64,000 nucleotides of DNA from Octopus bimaculoides (Eukaryota). The notes under the pieces are model-generated. The model was not told where the DNA came from, made no database searches, and saw only the letters and a list, made by a program, of their open reading frames with translations. The stretch's first letter is position 1. Each line of letters opens with the position of its first letter. Positions 1 to 14,187 of the stretch are shown here, in pieces. The stretch covers positions 155,168,971 to 155,232,970 of the forward strand of contig NC_068981.1 in NCBI RefSeq assembly GCF_001194135.2, given 5' to 3'. A program made the translations under genes and the position numbers.

Positions 1-291
1 CACACACACACACACGTATACACATACATATATACATACACAAACGTGTGTATGCTTGAGAGAGAGAAAGAGAGAGAAAACACCAAACTCGAAATCCTTT
101 CGCCAATTGTCAACAATCACTTCTCTCTTGCAATGTAACAAATTTCTTCTTCACACAAACAACATATCTCGGCTCTCCTTTACAATCCACACCTCTCATT
201 AATGGCAGTAAGTGCACCACATTTGCTTTATGGTTGCCTCTAAACAATGTACATAACCAGAGAACCCCTATGAAGCTGTACAACCGAGTCG

Positions 292-323
<32 letters not shown>

Positions 324-541
324 ATAATAGAGACAAGAATGCAAATAGGTGTGCGTACATATAACATACTGCCCTACCCTTCTCTTTAACAGAGTGCTAA
401 AGGGGTAGGTGGGTGGGCAGGAGATGATAAAGTGAAAGATGGAAAGAGATGACTGCATGTGATACGGTGACAAAGATTCAGAGAAGAGAGAGATCAAGAT
501 ATACTGTCTATGTTTCTATCTCTCCTTTCCTGTTATCACCC

Positions 542-634
<93 letters not shown>

Positions 635-2842
635 TCCTAGAACATTATGAATACATATACATTTATAAAGTTACAGTATTTAAGTATAATTTACTGTGAG
701 GTTTTTAAAAGAAAAACATATGTACTAGAAAAAAGAACAAACAGACATCCTGTTTACTTTATTGCGATAGTTATGATTTCATTAGTTAGTTTTAAATTCG
801 TCTGCAAGCTATTTAATACACAAAAGAAAAATTAAAAATAATTTAATGAAACTGATTAAAAACCTTAATTATCTCTGATTAAAAATACAGATTTCTTAAT
901 GAAATGTTTCTATAAAAGAAGCAGAAAAGTAGGAAAGAGAAATAAGAGTGAGAGGATGAGAAAGAGATGAGACAAACAGAAAGCAAGTCAACAAGACAGA
1001 CCGGAACTATACAAACAGTTAACGTCAATATAAACATCTAGACGATTTTGGATAAGCAGAATGTCAGGCTGACAATCTGAATACCAACAACAATATTACA
1101 TAACTTTAAGTGAGGTGAGAAAAAAAATAATTTACATTACATGATACACTAAGATAAGCTGCTTCAAGTTATGTCCAAGAACATCAAATCAATATCATTG
1201 TCTTTTTTTTTTATATTTATATCTATTTTACTGTGGGTAGGGGTTAGACCAGTTTTCAAGTAACCTACCACATAAATCATCAAATCCATGAAAGCACTAA
1301 GATCTGAACTGGCCCTGTTAACACACATGGTGTTTCTAATTACACTGCTACTTGCATAAAAACACTTTATATAACAAATATCAATTCACTCAGCACACCA
1401 GAGAAAAACGAGTTAACATTTTAAAAAAGCAGAGAACAGCAACAGCACAAAATTTACAAAACAAAGCTCTTAACACTAATACTTCATAGTCAAATAGTTT
1501 AATGTTGATATAAAATAATTTATCAATTACGACTTTATTAACAAGTATTTGATTACATTCGTAATTTTAAGAGAAGAAAAAAAAAGGAAAATTTGAAAAT
1601 CTTATAGGATAGGAGGAGCCAAATAACTTAAAAATCAGTGTGTGTTATATGCTGAAGTTGTGTGTCAAGACAACTGCTTACAACTTAAAATTGTGCTGCA
1701 CACATAACTGTCCATGCATTCTTTTGAAAACAGTATCAAGGGTGACTAGAATATTAAAGTAATTGTAGACAGCCAAGGATTGCTTAGCATACTACTATAC
1801 CGCATGTCTTTTGTATAGTTATTTCATGACTGTATTTCCAATGAGATACACTACTACATTTGTGATTCAATTACTTTTTAAAATAATCTGGAATTTGGTT
1901 TGAAAGAATATATAAATTCATTTTATCATTAAGATGGTATTTAGAACATAAAAAGTTCTGGTTTGACTACTATTAAAAATAATAAAAAAATAAAAACTGT
2001 AGGAGAGGTAACTTTCTATCAGAGATATGTGTGTTGATATGATGAGACACCATTCAGAAAGGAAATGGTTTAACTTTACAAAAATACCCCTTAAGCACAT
2101 TAAGCTTATTTTTCAAAACTCTCATAAACCATAAAGTAATTTAAAGCTTAATTCAGGAAAGTTATTTTCCAAAAGATATATATTGGGGCATTCGTTTAAA
2201 CATTTGCTGAACTACATTCATCAATTTTTAATGGGATTTTTCATAACTGCCATAAAAAATATAAATAAGTTTTAAGAAATAAAAACTCACAGACTAGTGT
2301 AATGAATTAACTAGAAAACACATACTCTAAATGTAAAACCAAATAAACATTAAACTAACTGAAGAATACTGCCTATTTCAGCCAGAATAACAATCATACG
2401 TTTCTAAACATCACAATAGAAAAAGGAAAACTCACACAAATCTCACAAACAAATATTTTTTTCCTTTTAACATGAATTGCACATTTTTTAATCTAAAAAA
2501 TTATATCCCCTTTGTACAAATTTTAATAAAAATAAAGTAAATAGATAATTAGTAGAGAGATGTAGTGTTATGTGTCATTAATGGTGAAGATTTTAGCAAG
2601 ATGTAGGTCAGTGTTCTAGTTATAGAATATGAGTGTCACCAGACTAGCATGGGAGCAGCACAAGGAAAGGCAGCAGGAAACAACTTAATGAAGCATGTTT
2701 TTAATATACATATTTCACAAAGTTATTTCATAATGAAAATGGTTCAGTACCAACACAACACTTTAAAACATGTAACAGTAATTGTTACTTTTTAGTTTTC
2801 AGAATTAGTGTTAATATATATATAATAAAATTTGATAATTAC

Positions 2843-2854
2843 CAAAATTTACTC
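2843..2854 (-). CDS. RXR: Candidate 12-nt RXR T-box microexon adding GVNF (KRE-GVNF-)
   Basis: Minus strand reads cttaat (branch-like)...acattttcgtttcag|GAGTAAATTTTG|gtaatt. It is frame-preserving (phase 1 in and out), has no stop, and follows the DBD exon after a 151-nt intron. Confidence 0.5.
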
Positions 2855-3005
2855 CTGAAACGAAAATGTATAAATTAAGCTTAAAACTTTAATGTATAAT
2901 AAAAGTTTCTATTCACCCAAGTGTTGTGTCAATACAAATACAAATGCCAGCACTAGTTCTACCATCACACCATTGAGCTGTGCAGATGAAAAATTGCAAA
3001 CTCAC

Positions 3006-3163
3006 CTTCTCGTTTCATTCCCATAGCCAAACATTTCATATAACGACAATACTGACATCGATTTCTTTGCCGTTTGTCAATGATACAGTTTCTGTCATCA
3101 CGGCAAGCATAAGTAAGGTCTTTCCGCACAGTTCTCTTGAAGAACCCTTTACAGCCTTCACAA
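3006..3163 (-). CDS. RXR: Retinoid X receptor exon: DNA-binding domain ([53 protein letters not shown])
   Basis: Manual translation gives the CEGCKG P-box, the second zinc finger and KRE. Acceptor is tttcctctctaatag|T (phase 2, joining AG|T = Ser from the previous exon) and donor is GAAG|gtgagt (phase 1). 158 nt. The ORF track does not report this frame. Confidence 0.98.
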
Positions 3164-5199
3164 CTATTAGAGAGGAAATAAAATCAAAAAGTAAATACAT
3201 GATTCGACATTCTTTCAGATGAAAAATAATGAACATTTTAGTTTCTATCAAAAGGCCATTACAACACATTGCGAGTATAAAGGAAACTGTTGAATGTTTT
3301 TCTTAATTAAATTAAAAAATTTTATTCAAGTACTATAAAGTTAACTTGAAAAGTATTTCAGAACAAACCAAAGTTAAATTTAAAATCTAGTTCCATAAAT
3401 GTAATTTATTGAGCACTGATGTAATTTAATCCTTCCCTTCAAATTACATTGATGACCAATATTGTCAGCATTGAGCTTAAAATGATTCCTAACATTGGTT
3501 TCCAAGGCAAAAATATTACATAAAAATATTAAATCACAAAAGAAAAACAAATCTTTTCAATTTCTTACAAATCTGATACAAGATGTTTTATTCATTATAG
3601 GAAAACACACACAAACAAAAGTTGTCTATATTAAACCAGTCACTCCAACCTTCTTCCATTCAACTGCTTATAATTCTTCAATTGTAATCTTTGTATACCG
3701 TTATTGTTCCATATTTAGCTAAATGAAATCTGATAATAGTTTTTCTTTTCTCAAACAAAAACTGATTCAGAAGAGTTTATACAAAATAACCCAAATCAGA
3801 ACACTGAACTTTACAAATGAGCTGACTCAAGGTACATGGAATAGATGAGATACTGAACACATGAACATTGCTTAATCTTTTCTTGACGTCAGAAACTAAA
3901 TATGATGATATAGCATCATATCCAACCAAATGAAGTGATAAATTTCCATTCCTAATTTGTATTCCCCTCTCTATAATTCAACATTTATGTCATTCACTAA
4001 TTTTATTCAATCAAATTTTTTTATCTGACAATAGTAGTTTGTGGAATATGTTTATGTTTGCAGTATTACCAAATAAAAATGTTAGCTCTTTCACAGTCTA
4101 TGATGTATGCTTTCAAATTTGCTTTGTGATCTCACAGTGAACATGAATTTAGCTGTTTTTTCTAGTTAATGATTTAATTTTAAAAACTTTCTTTTGAAAT
4201 CAATTGCAATTTCTATGAGGTCACAATCTTCAAAACATGGATCTCTGCAAAGAAATTGAGTGCCTTCATATATATTGTTTGTTTCTGGTACTTTGTTCTC
4301 CATTTTCATATTCCATTTTTTATTGCAATACAGGTGGAGTTAGTTCAACTAATCAGTACAAGATAGATGCATGAGAACTTTTAAAGCAGGTCCACCCACC
4401 CACCATATCTCTCTGCTTATTTACACTTTTCATATTTTTGAAACATCTCCACACTGGTTATTTTAATTGAAGTGTTTATCTCAAGTTTTTACTTTATTGA
4501 AGTGACCTGTGTTAACAATGGTAAAACTAGGGTTGGCATTACAGGAGCATCAAAAAGCTAACTGGAAAAACAACATGCTGACACATTCTCTTTATGACTC
4601 TTAAACTGCTTTCAGTTTTGTTTTCTCTCGTTTTACAGTCTAGTTGATTTTAATGTGCATTTTTCCCAAGCTGTCAATAAATAGAGAAGTCTACAATGCA
4701 TTTCAATGTTATTTCATGATTTATAGGGAGCTTCATTTCTTTCCTTTATTTAACTTCGCTTTTGGTTCAGATACCTTACTTCTTAGCTCTTTCATGACCA
4801 TATTTCCATTGAAATACACTACATATTTCAATTAATTTTGAAAATAAATCAAGAATTCAGAAATTATGCATTATGGAAACTGAGGCGTTCTCAGACAGGT
4901 AGGTATCAAAAAGGATAATATATGAAATTTAGCTCTCAAAGTTCATTCATATTTTTGGTGTTTGAAACTTAGTTATATGCATCCATTTCTTTCAAGCAGA
5001 GTATCCAATTATTGATATATGAAGCCTCTATCTTTGTTCTGATAGATCATGCCTCTAAATCTATTAATGCTATCATAATGACCTCATTTTCTTCATGTCC
5101 CAAATAATCTCTATTATTACAAAGAAGTGGAAATTTTTACTAAATCTCCACAATTACCTATTACAACCTTTCAGATATTGCTGCATAGTGCATGTTCAA

Positions 5200-5370
5200 A
5201 GTTCTGTTTGGAATGCCTTCTTAGACGGTAGGAGCAGATTCATGTCCAAGAGGAATGACCTAAATGGCTTTCCACGTAACATTGTTCATAGATGAAGGGA
5301 AACTTCAATGAACATCATGTACCAATGTCAGAGATCTGCTGTACCACAAGGAACTTCACAGCAGAGACTC
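5200..5370 (+). mobile_element. Possible remnant of a CR1/L2-type LINE reverse transcriptase
   Basis: AFLDGRS followed in another frame by RSAVPQGT, which resembles the W..FL..R and GVPQG RT motifs. Very degenerate. Confidence 0.3.
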
Positions 5371-5599
5371 TTCCCAACCCTGTATCCAGTGTCATGCACT
5401 GGGAATGTCTGGCAAGAAAGCTATTTCCCTATCTATAAAAAAAACCTATCCTTCTCAGTTCTGAACACAGCTACTTAGCTAAGGTGGAGGTAGACAATTT
5501 CTACTGCAGCATTTGTAGGTTGTGTTTGGCCCAGATCCTCTGACACTATGATTGCTGTACTCCTCTGCCTTTCTTCCTTTTGGGCACATGGGTTGGCCT

Positions 5600-6760
5600 G
5601 TCCAGGAGGTGTTTCCACTTGAATGCATCATGGTTGTGTTTCTGATTGGCTCATCAGCTGTGATTGAGCCTTTGATTTCAGTTATTGTGAAAGGTCAGGG
5701 ACTGAAGGGGAGATGGAGTTGTCAACTTTTTTTAATGAGCACCTGGTTGCCAACATGTATCTGGTGCTCAGTAGCATAGTTCCATTTATCAAACAGGTGA
5801 ATCATGCTGGATGAGCAGATTGTGTAGTGCTCTTGTTGATTTCATGTGAGGCACCTTGGTTGATACTGTGCAATTTAACAAGCTTTCTGCTGGGCTGACA
5901 CCTGTTGTACTGTGTTGAGTTATACAGTATTTCAGCAGAATGTTGTGGACTGAATGTCTGAGGGTCCTGTCTATCAATGTAAGTAGTGTGGGTTACTTTG
6001 CCCAACACCCACAAAACTTTTGGCAAATCCATTGCTGTCAAAGTGCTCTGGCTCAATTTGCCTATGTACAAAACCTTGCCGTTTGGCATATATCTGAAAT
6101 TCCTCTGGCTGGAAGGGAGGTCCATTTTCGGCTTTTATCACTTCTGGAATACTATGGGTGCATTTCACTCTACGAAGCTTCGGAATCAAGTGGTCCACCT
6201 ATGTCATTATGACAATTTCCACTTCAGGGAAACAGCTGTACTTATCAGGCTGAAACTTCCTTCCAATAAATCCTTCAAAGTCCATGCACAAATTCTGCCA
6301 TGGCCTTTCTGGAAGGCAGCTTGGTTTCAATGGATCATAGTGATGCCTTAAAACATTGTGGTTAGAAAAGCTTTACAGCTTGACAAATTCTTCTGCACTT
6401 TGTCCATATTGGGAAACCAGACTTTGCTTTGCAGGTATTGTTTTGATTTTGTCAGTCCATGGTGCCCTTCATGGGTAAGTACAATAACATCAGCTTGTAT
6501 TATCTTAAGGATAACAAGATGAATGCCCCTGAAAGCTAGTGATTTGTGATTGCCAGTTCTGCAAAAATGTGTCTAAAAGGTTGTACTACCAGCCTCTCTG
6601 CAAGGGTACCCTTCAATGTGTCAACTTTAAGCATAGCTAGGGTGTTGTCATTGTTGGTTTCCCTTTTCAACATTGATAGGTGTATCTATCCAGAAGGTCA
6701 ATTTCTGTATAGCATTAGTAGGCTTTGCTTCCAAAGGGTTAACTATTAGATTTCTATAAA
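5600..6760 (-). mobile_element. Decayed Ty3/Gypsy-type LTR retrotransposon pol fragment (integrase region) inside the RXR intron
   Basis: Broken frames read LTHEGHHGLTKSKQYLQSKVWFP (integrase HHCC region), IPEVIKAENGPPFQPEEF (DDE core, TDNGP-like), QHSTTGVSPAE and PFTITEIKGS. Many stops and frameshifts. No LTRs recognised. Confidence 0.8.
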
Positions 6761-7053
6761 CTTTTGCTAAATTTTAGAAGTTGCTTTTTCAACTTAACTT
6801 TTATCTGTTCTCAGAAATTACATCCTCATTAATTCATAAATATCATCTATCAACTTAGTTACATAAGTGGTTAACACTTCAAGCAGCTTTTAAAAGACCA
6901 GAAAATAGACAATTGAGCTTAATCAGCTGCACAATGTTATTTTGTTGTAAACATTTCAGAAACCAAATTGATAAATAATTGGGGAGGGGGAAGAAAAAGA
7001 AAAGAAACTATCTTTCAACTGCATATACAGCCTTTTTTTTTTTTTTTTTTTTT

Positions 7054-7556
7054 NNNNNNNNNNNNNNNNNNNNNNNNNNNNNNNNNNNNNNNNNNNNNNN
7101 NNNNNNNNNNNNNNNNNNNNNNNNNNNNNNNNNNNNNNNNNNNNNNNNNNNNNNNNNNNNNNNNNNNNNNNNNNNNNNNNNNNNNNNNNNNNNNNNNNNN
7201 NNNNNNNNNNNNNNNNNNNNNNNNNNNNNNNNNNNNNNNNNNNNNNNNNNNNNNNNNNNNNNNNNNNNNNNNNNNNNNNNNNNNNNNNNNNNNNNNNNNN
7301 NNNNNNNNNNNNNNNNNNNNNNNNNNNNNNNNNNNNNNNNNNNNNNNNNNNNNNNNNNNNNNNNNNNNNNNNNNNNNNNNNNNNNNNNNNNNNNNNNNNN
7401 NNNNNNNNNNNNNNNNNNNNNNNNNNNNNNNNNNNNNNNNNNNNNNNNNNNNNNNNNNNNNNNNNNNNNNNNNNNNNNNNNNNNNNNNNNNNNNNNNNNN
7501 NNNNNNNNNNNNNNNNNNNNNNNNNNNNNNNNNNNNNNNNNNNNNNNNNNNNNNNN
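7054..7556. other. Assembly gap (other gaps at 14129-14138 and 38892-39026)
   Basis: Runs of N, each abutting a homopolymer or dinucleotide repeat. Confidence 1.
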
Positions 7557-9712
7557 ATATATATACATATACACACAAAATTAACTCACTTGTTGAGAAA
7601 AACATCAAATAAAATACTTTTGAGAGACAAATCATATGACATTTCAATCTTTCCAAGGAACATTAGCTATATAAATAAAGTTGTTCCAAAATTGAATAAA
7701 AAGATATCAGTTCTATGAATTAATCTGCTGCTACTCATTAATAATACTAATGCAGGTAAAATGATTAAACTGACAAATGTTACACATTAGATCATCTGCT
7801 GACAATTGTATCAAAATTAGATTGTTAAAAAATATTCTTACTGGCAACCTTTAATTATGATCAATATTGAGAAGCCTCAATGCTCAGGATAAAAAATATT
7901 TCCACTAGATATTTTGCAAAACAATACATAGAAAATAAAGACAAATTTACAATTCCCTGATACTGTAGAGAAACTGGAGACAATTTAGATTACTAGTCTA
8001 TACACAATCTCAGTTGGTTTTTAATTAGTTCCAGACTAGAATGGAAATTAAAACAGCTTACCACTAGTGATATATCATATAAAATAGGCTATGTACATTG
8101 AGTACTATACTATCTACCGAAGAAGAACACAGAAATTTGTTTATACACATTCCATTTTCCATACTGGAATATAGAGATGTTTGAGGATAATCTAAAAAAA
8201 AAGCCCAAGCAGGAAAAGTGGGGATCTCCAAAGTTAACTTTCATATATTAAAACTATCTATCAAAATTCCCTTTACATAATTGAAATCTGGGGAAAAAAT
8301 TTTTTTAATGTAAAATTAACAGCAAAAAAAAAAAAAACAAAAAAAAACTTCCAAGTGCAAAACAAAATTTACATTGACTATTATATTGCAACATCATACT
8401 ACCAAGTCATTACATTTCTAAAAGCTTAATCTAGAAACTGAAAAACAGTTTTTTTTTTTAAATGTTACAAAAAAAATGTAAAATAAAATAAAAACTAATG
8501 GATTGTTTTACATGCCAAAATTAAATATTCTCTTTGCCATTTGATATAATTCCCAAAAAGGATATTGCTGATTAACTACTAACCAAACTAATCAGTCATT
8601 TAATTTCCCACTACCTTGGAAATAGCCCCATCTCATTCACATTGCATTCATTTTAGTAACCTACTTTAACTACTAGCTCAGTCAAAACTGCAGTGAATAG
8701 CTTTTTGTGTTTTTGTACAGTAAGAATTTAGTTGACTCCACATCAAAGCTATCTAACAAAAAGAAGAATTTCATCTGAAAATCAACCTCATTACAATAAT
8801 TGTAAACAATTTCCTTTGCAATAATTTTAGCATATTTAATATCTTCAAAAAAATGCTTCCTCATACAAATAACAAATGCAATTTATACTGATTAGCTGTT
8901 CAATGATAAAAAGTCTTTGTTCATATACCAACAGTTGTTTCAGCTATTTTCATATTTGTGCAAGGAGTAAATAAATATGACTATTTTCTAGCTATTTGAA
9001 AATTCATTCCATTTTATTATATTGATACACAACCCAAACATATGGTGTAGAAGAGGATACACCAGCAGAATACAATTAATCTGTTCATACCTTGCAAACT
9101 AAAGCACCTTCCCACAATCAGTTATGGAACAATAGAACAACTCATTCTTATTAACAGTTACAACAGGAAGAATCACATAATGTACACATCAATCAACACA
9201 CTGCTTTAGACAAGCTATTCAAATCAATTCAATTTTTATGTTGATTTCCCTGACATTTCAGTAATCACCTCCATTGACTGCTACCATTTAACATTGATAT
9301 ATATATATATATATATAATTTGTTTCTTAGTACTGATTAAGAGAGCGCAAGCTAAATGTGATTTTTACTGATCAAGAAGAGCTCTTGAAAAAAGAATCAC
9401 TTGAAAATAAAAGGCTTATTCAAAGCAGGCTGCTATAACTTATCTCCCAATACTAAACTATCAGTTAATAGACCTTATTTAATGAGACATGTTAGGTTAA
9501 GTGGCTTTAGTTATCTTAAAAGAGTCAAGAGATTTATCCTACATTAAGAAATAAAAACAAAATAGACAAATGTTACTGAGATGAAAAGGTCACTGGGTAA
9601 GAAAAATCTGTATGGAGCCAATCCAGCCATATACTTAGTTGCATGCTACTACACTCAAAACATCTAATTCAACATGTTTTTCACACCAGTAAAACTATCG
9701 ACAAGTAAATTG

Positions 9713-9754
<42 letters not shown>

Positions 9755-10389
9755 ACACACACACATACATGAGTGATATAAGGAAGAAGGTTGAGCTCAC
9801 AGTAGTAGGTACGTCACACCCTTTGTGCATATTTCAGCTTCTGACCCACACACAAGATCACATATTGCTTTTCCTAAATATTATTCACAAAGCAGTTTAC
9901 AGTTGTAATAAAATAAAAATAAAACTAACTTTTTACTGAAATAATCCCTGACAAACAACAGTCAAGCAAAGACCTGAAACCAAAGACATCACAGCAATTA
10001 GGTTTCTGTGATCTATGCCCAAAACAGATTAACAGCTACTTTTAAATTTATGAAGCAGCTAATAAGCATTAGAATTAGAGTCAGCCAATACAGAACCTCC
10101 TACGTTGAAGGTTTGTGAGACTGAGCATCAGAGACATTTGATTTATAGCAGAATCAAACTCAGCTTAAGCAATTGTTTTTGTGTGACATCACCATATTTA
10201 TTTACAGCATCAATATTCATATAGACTGAGGAGTAACATGACTATCCCACTTTACATGTTTAATCATTTGGTGGGTTGTTTGCATGTAGAAATGCCAAAT
10301 CCAGGGCAAGCTAAATAACTTTCTGCATCCATTTTTGGTGTAAAAATCTATGACATGGACAGAGTTTAAGGCAAATTTTCTAGAGATGG

Positions 10390-10745
10390 ATACCTGTCCT
10401 GTCACCAACTGTCACCTGCTTCAAAGCAAGGTAATATTTTCCCATGACCAGACATGTTTCTGCAGAATAATGGAAATGAACAATACTGTTTGTGTGGCAG
10501 TGACAATCATTTACAACTATCACACATCAAAACAAAGACATACACACACACATGTATATATATATATATATATATATACATACAATAGTCTTCTATCAGT
10601 TTCTATTTACTGAATCTATTCACAAGGTTCTGATCAATCTTGGGTTATATAAGACATGAGCCCTTGTACCACACAGTGGATTTGAACCTAGAACCATATG
10701 GTTGTGAAGCAAACTTCTTACTATACAGCCACACCTGTGCCTCAT
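10390..10745 (-). mobile_element. tRNA-derived SINE (family A, 5' part) joined to a second repeat fragment
   Basis: Reverse complement matches the head of the well-preserved copy at 51730-52150 (A-box-like ggctgtatagtaag, B-box-like ggttcaaatcc, gtagatt...gaaactga). Confidence 0.75.
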
Positions 10746-12429
10746 TGTATTTGGATTTATGAAGTGGATACAAGATCATATTTTGAGAGAAGAATAAAGG
10801 ATACAGCTGTCTTGAATTCAATTCAACTAAGTTAAAATACTCAAAGTTTCATCATGAGGTTCCAATGGACAGATCAGAACATACTTAAGAAATTAAATCA
10901 CTGAGGAAAATTACTCAAATGCCACTTGCATGACAAACAACCGCTAAGTTATTAACATGTGTAATGCAACAAACATTAAAAAGTTAACTAAAAATAATCA
11001 TGTGAGAAAACAAACTAGATTAACTCAGCAAGAAAGATGAGCCTTATGAAGGACCAAGATATGTGGTGCATTGCTATACTCAAGAAGAGCCGCCCACTAA
11101 AACAACTGATATGCTAAAACCAAGATGCCACATGAAAAGTACTGGTGGCAGGAAACCAATGCCCAGAAATCAATATCTTATAAATATATGTGGAAACGAT
11201 TGTAATCAACTTACCTGCTTTCAATCTATCTCAGCCAGTGAAAATTACCAGAGTAAAAACCTCATTTACAATGTACATCAACAATTATATCGCACTGGGA
11301 AATTTCATTTAAATTCATGAAAATGGCTATATTTTTATGGTTTATATCCTGGACTAATTACATTTCATCAAAATCCTTAGTTTCTAACAGGACTAGATTA
11401 AATAGGGAAAGCACTGCTGGACTTTGAGGGTTAACGCATAGTTTGACCTTGTAAATTAGGGCAGCAAAAACAATTTCAAATTTAAAGTTTAAAAAATGAA
11501 ATGCTTATGTTTAGCATCATGTTACACTCACATTTTCAGTCATGAATGTTCAACAAGTAAAAAGAAACATTCATATGACCTTATTTATAAGATTGTGTTC
11601 TTGTTACCTACTTTTCATCCTCACAATTCAATGCAATAGTTAAAACAATGTGGCAGTGCTTGAATCTATGATCTTTAGATAGCCCAGAAATTTAACCACT
11701 TCAGTACCATATTTAATTCAGAACTGTTGCAGAGAGCAGCTGGTTAAATATCCAACTCTCTTTCCAAAAGACCCTTCAAATTCTCTAACACCTAACTATT
11801 CAATAATAACCAGCTCATAGTGTTCCTTTTCAAATGAAAAGTGGTTCTCTATGCCATGTTGAAGACGATTCAAGAGATTCGTAGACCCAGGTTAAATCAA
11901 ATGTAAAGATGGTTCTTCAGCTTAGAATTCTTTCAACTCAAAAACACTCAGATATTGTACACAATTTCAAACATTTAGTAAAAAAAATATGAAAATAATT
12001 TCATTTCTGAATTCATACAGATGTATGAAACTGCTTCTTACATTTAAACTTCAATAGATTACTCGGGCATTAATATTTTTGATGTTTGCAACATAGAAAT
12101 AGAGAAAGATAACCAAAAAAAGCTTGAATTGAATGTAAATAGACTGATAGACAACTTGACAGCTGATATTTCTTGGTTTTTAAATCCTACAAAGTGCTAA
12201 ATGATAATTACGAAATCAATTTCCAAGATATACTTGTTCAAATGTTTGTTTGAACAAGTATATTTGGGAAATTGATTTCAAGCTTTGTAGCATGGATTTA
12301 ATCAAAATGTGAAGCATAGTGGGATAAAGAAAAAAAACATTGTATGAGTGATGGGAATTACTCCAGCATTGAGTCTTAATACATACTGGATTAAAGATTC
12401 TATTTCACATTGTTTTTAATGTCTACTGA

Positions 12430-12905
12430 GCAGTGCCACGTAAAAGAATCTAATACACACTGTAAAATGGTTGGCATTAAGAAGAACATCCAGCCATAGA
12501 AACCATGCCAAATCAGACTGGAGTGTGGTGCAGCTTCCCAGCTCTGGTCAAACCATCCAACCCATGCCAGCATGGACAACAGACATTAAATGATGATGTC
12601 TAAGTACATTTCAAATTCTATAAGGTACACACACTCAGATATAATAAACTTATTTGAGGTGCAAGCATAGCTGTGTGGCTAAGAAGTTTACTTCACAACC
12701 ATATTGTTTTAGGTTTGGTCCCACTAATACTGTGTGAGTGTAATTTGATAGACAAAAACTGTACAGAAGCCTGTTATTAATACGTATGACTAAGAAGTTC
12801 ACTTCACAAACATGTGGTTTAGATTTCAGTCCTACTACATGGCCCTTTCGGCAAGTGTCCTCTACTATAGCTAAACCCGATCAATGACTAGTGAGTGAAT
12901 TTGGT
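12430..12905 (+). mobile_element. SINE tail ending in (gat)n, followed by two family A SINE heads
   Basis: gtgccacgtaaaag...aaaccatccaacccatgccagcatgga...gatgatg is the same tail seen at about 36000, 41400, 47900 and 60300. It is followed by two degenerate heads (ctgtgtggctaagaag and tatgactaagaag). Confidence 0.75.
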
Positions 12906-12928
12906 GGAAATTTCTCTCTCCCTCTCTC

Positions 12929-13064
<136 letters not shown>

Positions 13065-13249
13065 TGTTTACACTGCATATCACATGAAAAAACACTGAGC
13101 TATAGATATTGATGTTTGTTCACAATCTCTTTGTCAAATAGTCAACTAGCTATGCACTTTCAAAGGTGAGCAGAATCAACACTCACATGCTTAAAAGTTA
13201 TCAACAGGGAGAATATCTAACTGTAAAAGAAAGTCTCAATAATATGCAT

Positions 13250-13460
13250 TCGTCTAACCCATGCTAATAAGGAAAATCATCATTTAATGTCTGTTTTCCA
13301 TGCTGGAAAAGAAGAGGGTTCAACTAGGCTCCATTTGTCTGTTCTGGCATGGTTTCCATGGCAGGACGCCCTTCCTAATGCCAACCATTTTACAGAGCAT
13401 ACTGGGGGCTTTTTATGCAGCCCCAGCACTTGAGAGGGTTGCCAACTAGCTTGCAAGACA
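13250..13460 (-). mobile_element. SINE tail fragment
   Basis: Reverse complement of the shared tail (ggacgcccttcctaatgccaacc...ttttatgcagccccagcac). Confidence 0.65.
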
Positions 13461-14085
13461 AAAGACCTCTAAGCTGAGGAAGGGAGTGTAACTGAAGGAA
13501 GTGACTGAGCCGAACCATTGAACACACACACGCACGCACGCACGCACGCACGCACAAAATACACACATACAAAATCATACTTCAAGCCACTTTTCCATGC
13601 TTGCATGAATCAGAGGGGATTTGTTGAAGCAAGTTTTCTATGGCCTGTTGCCATTCCTGTCACCAACCCTCACCCATTTCCAAGCAAAGCAATAATTCTC
13701 CAGTCTATCAAAACAACAAAACAGACCAGATATCGTTACAAGCCTCCTTTGGTTACAGATTGGGTGCCTGACTTCCACACTAGGTTGTGTGTTTATGTCC
13801 ATGAGCAAGGCACTTATTTTATGTTACTTCATTCTACTTAACTGAAATGTCAACCATTAGTAGCTGTGGGCTTACCTTTGCAAGGTGTTGGCATTCCATG
13901 CAGGAGAAGAGCTTGAACCCTCAGTTGCTTCCATATCCCAGAAAGTGGAATAAGCTCTGGTCAAATGAACCAGTAGGCTTGCAACAGGTTCAAGTGTGTA
14001 TGTGTATACACATACTAGCTTACTGATGTGCTCACCAGGTAACAGTTTTTAATTTTACTGTGTGACACTCACTATCTCATGTAAG

Positions 14086-14128
<43 letters not shown>

Positions 14129-14156
14129 NNNNNNNNNNATATATATATATATACAT

Positions 14157-14187
<31 letters not shown>

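Noticed and set aside
2963-2977. 15-nt candidate microexon AQWCD just after the DBD exon (cag|CTCAATGGTGTGATG|gtagaa)
   Set aside because: The intron before it would be only 28 nt, too short for normal splicing. Read-through meets TGA, and the longer 61-nt version shifts the frame.
6956-7656. Long ORFs of about 190-215 aa around 7000-7600, and similar ones at 38720-39073
   Set aside because: They consist of X residues from N gaps.
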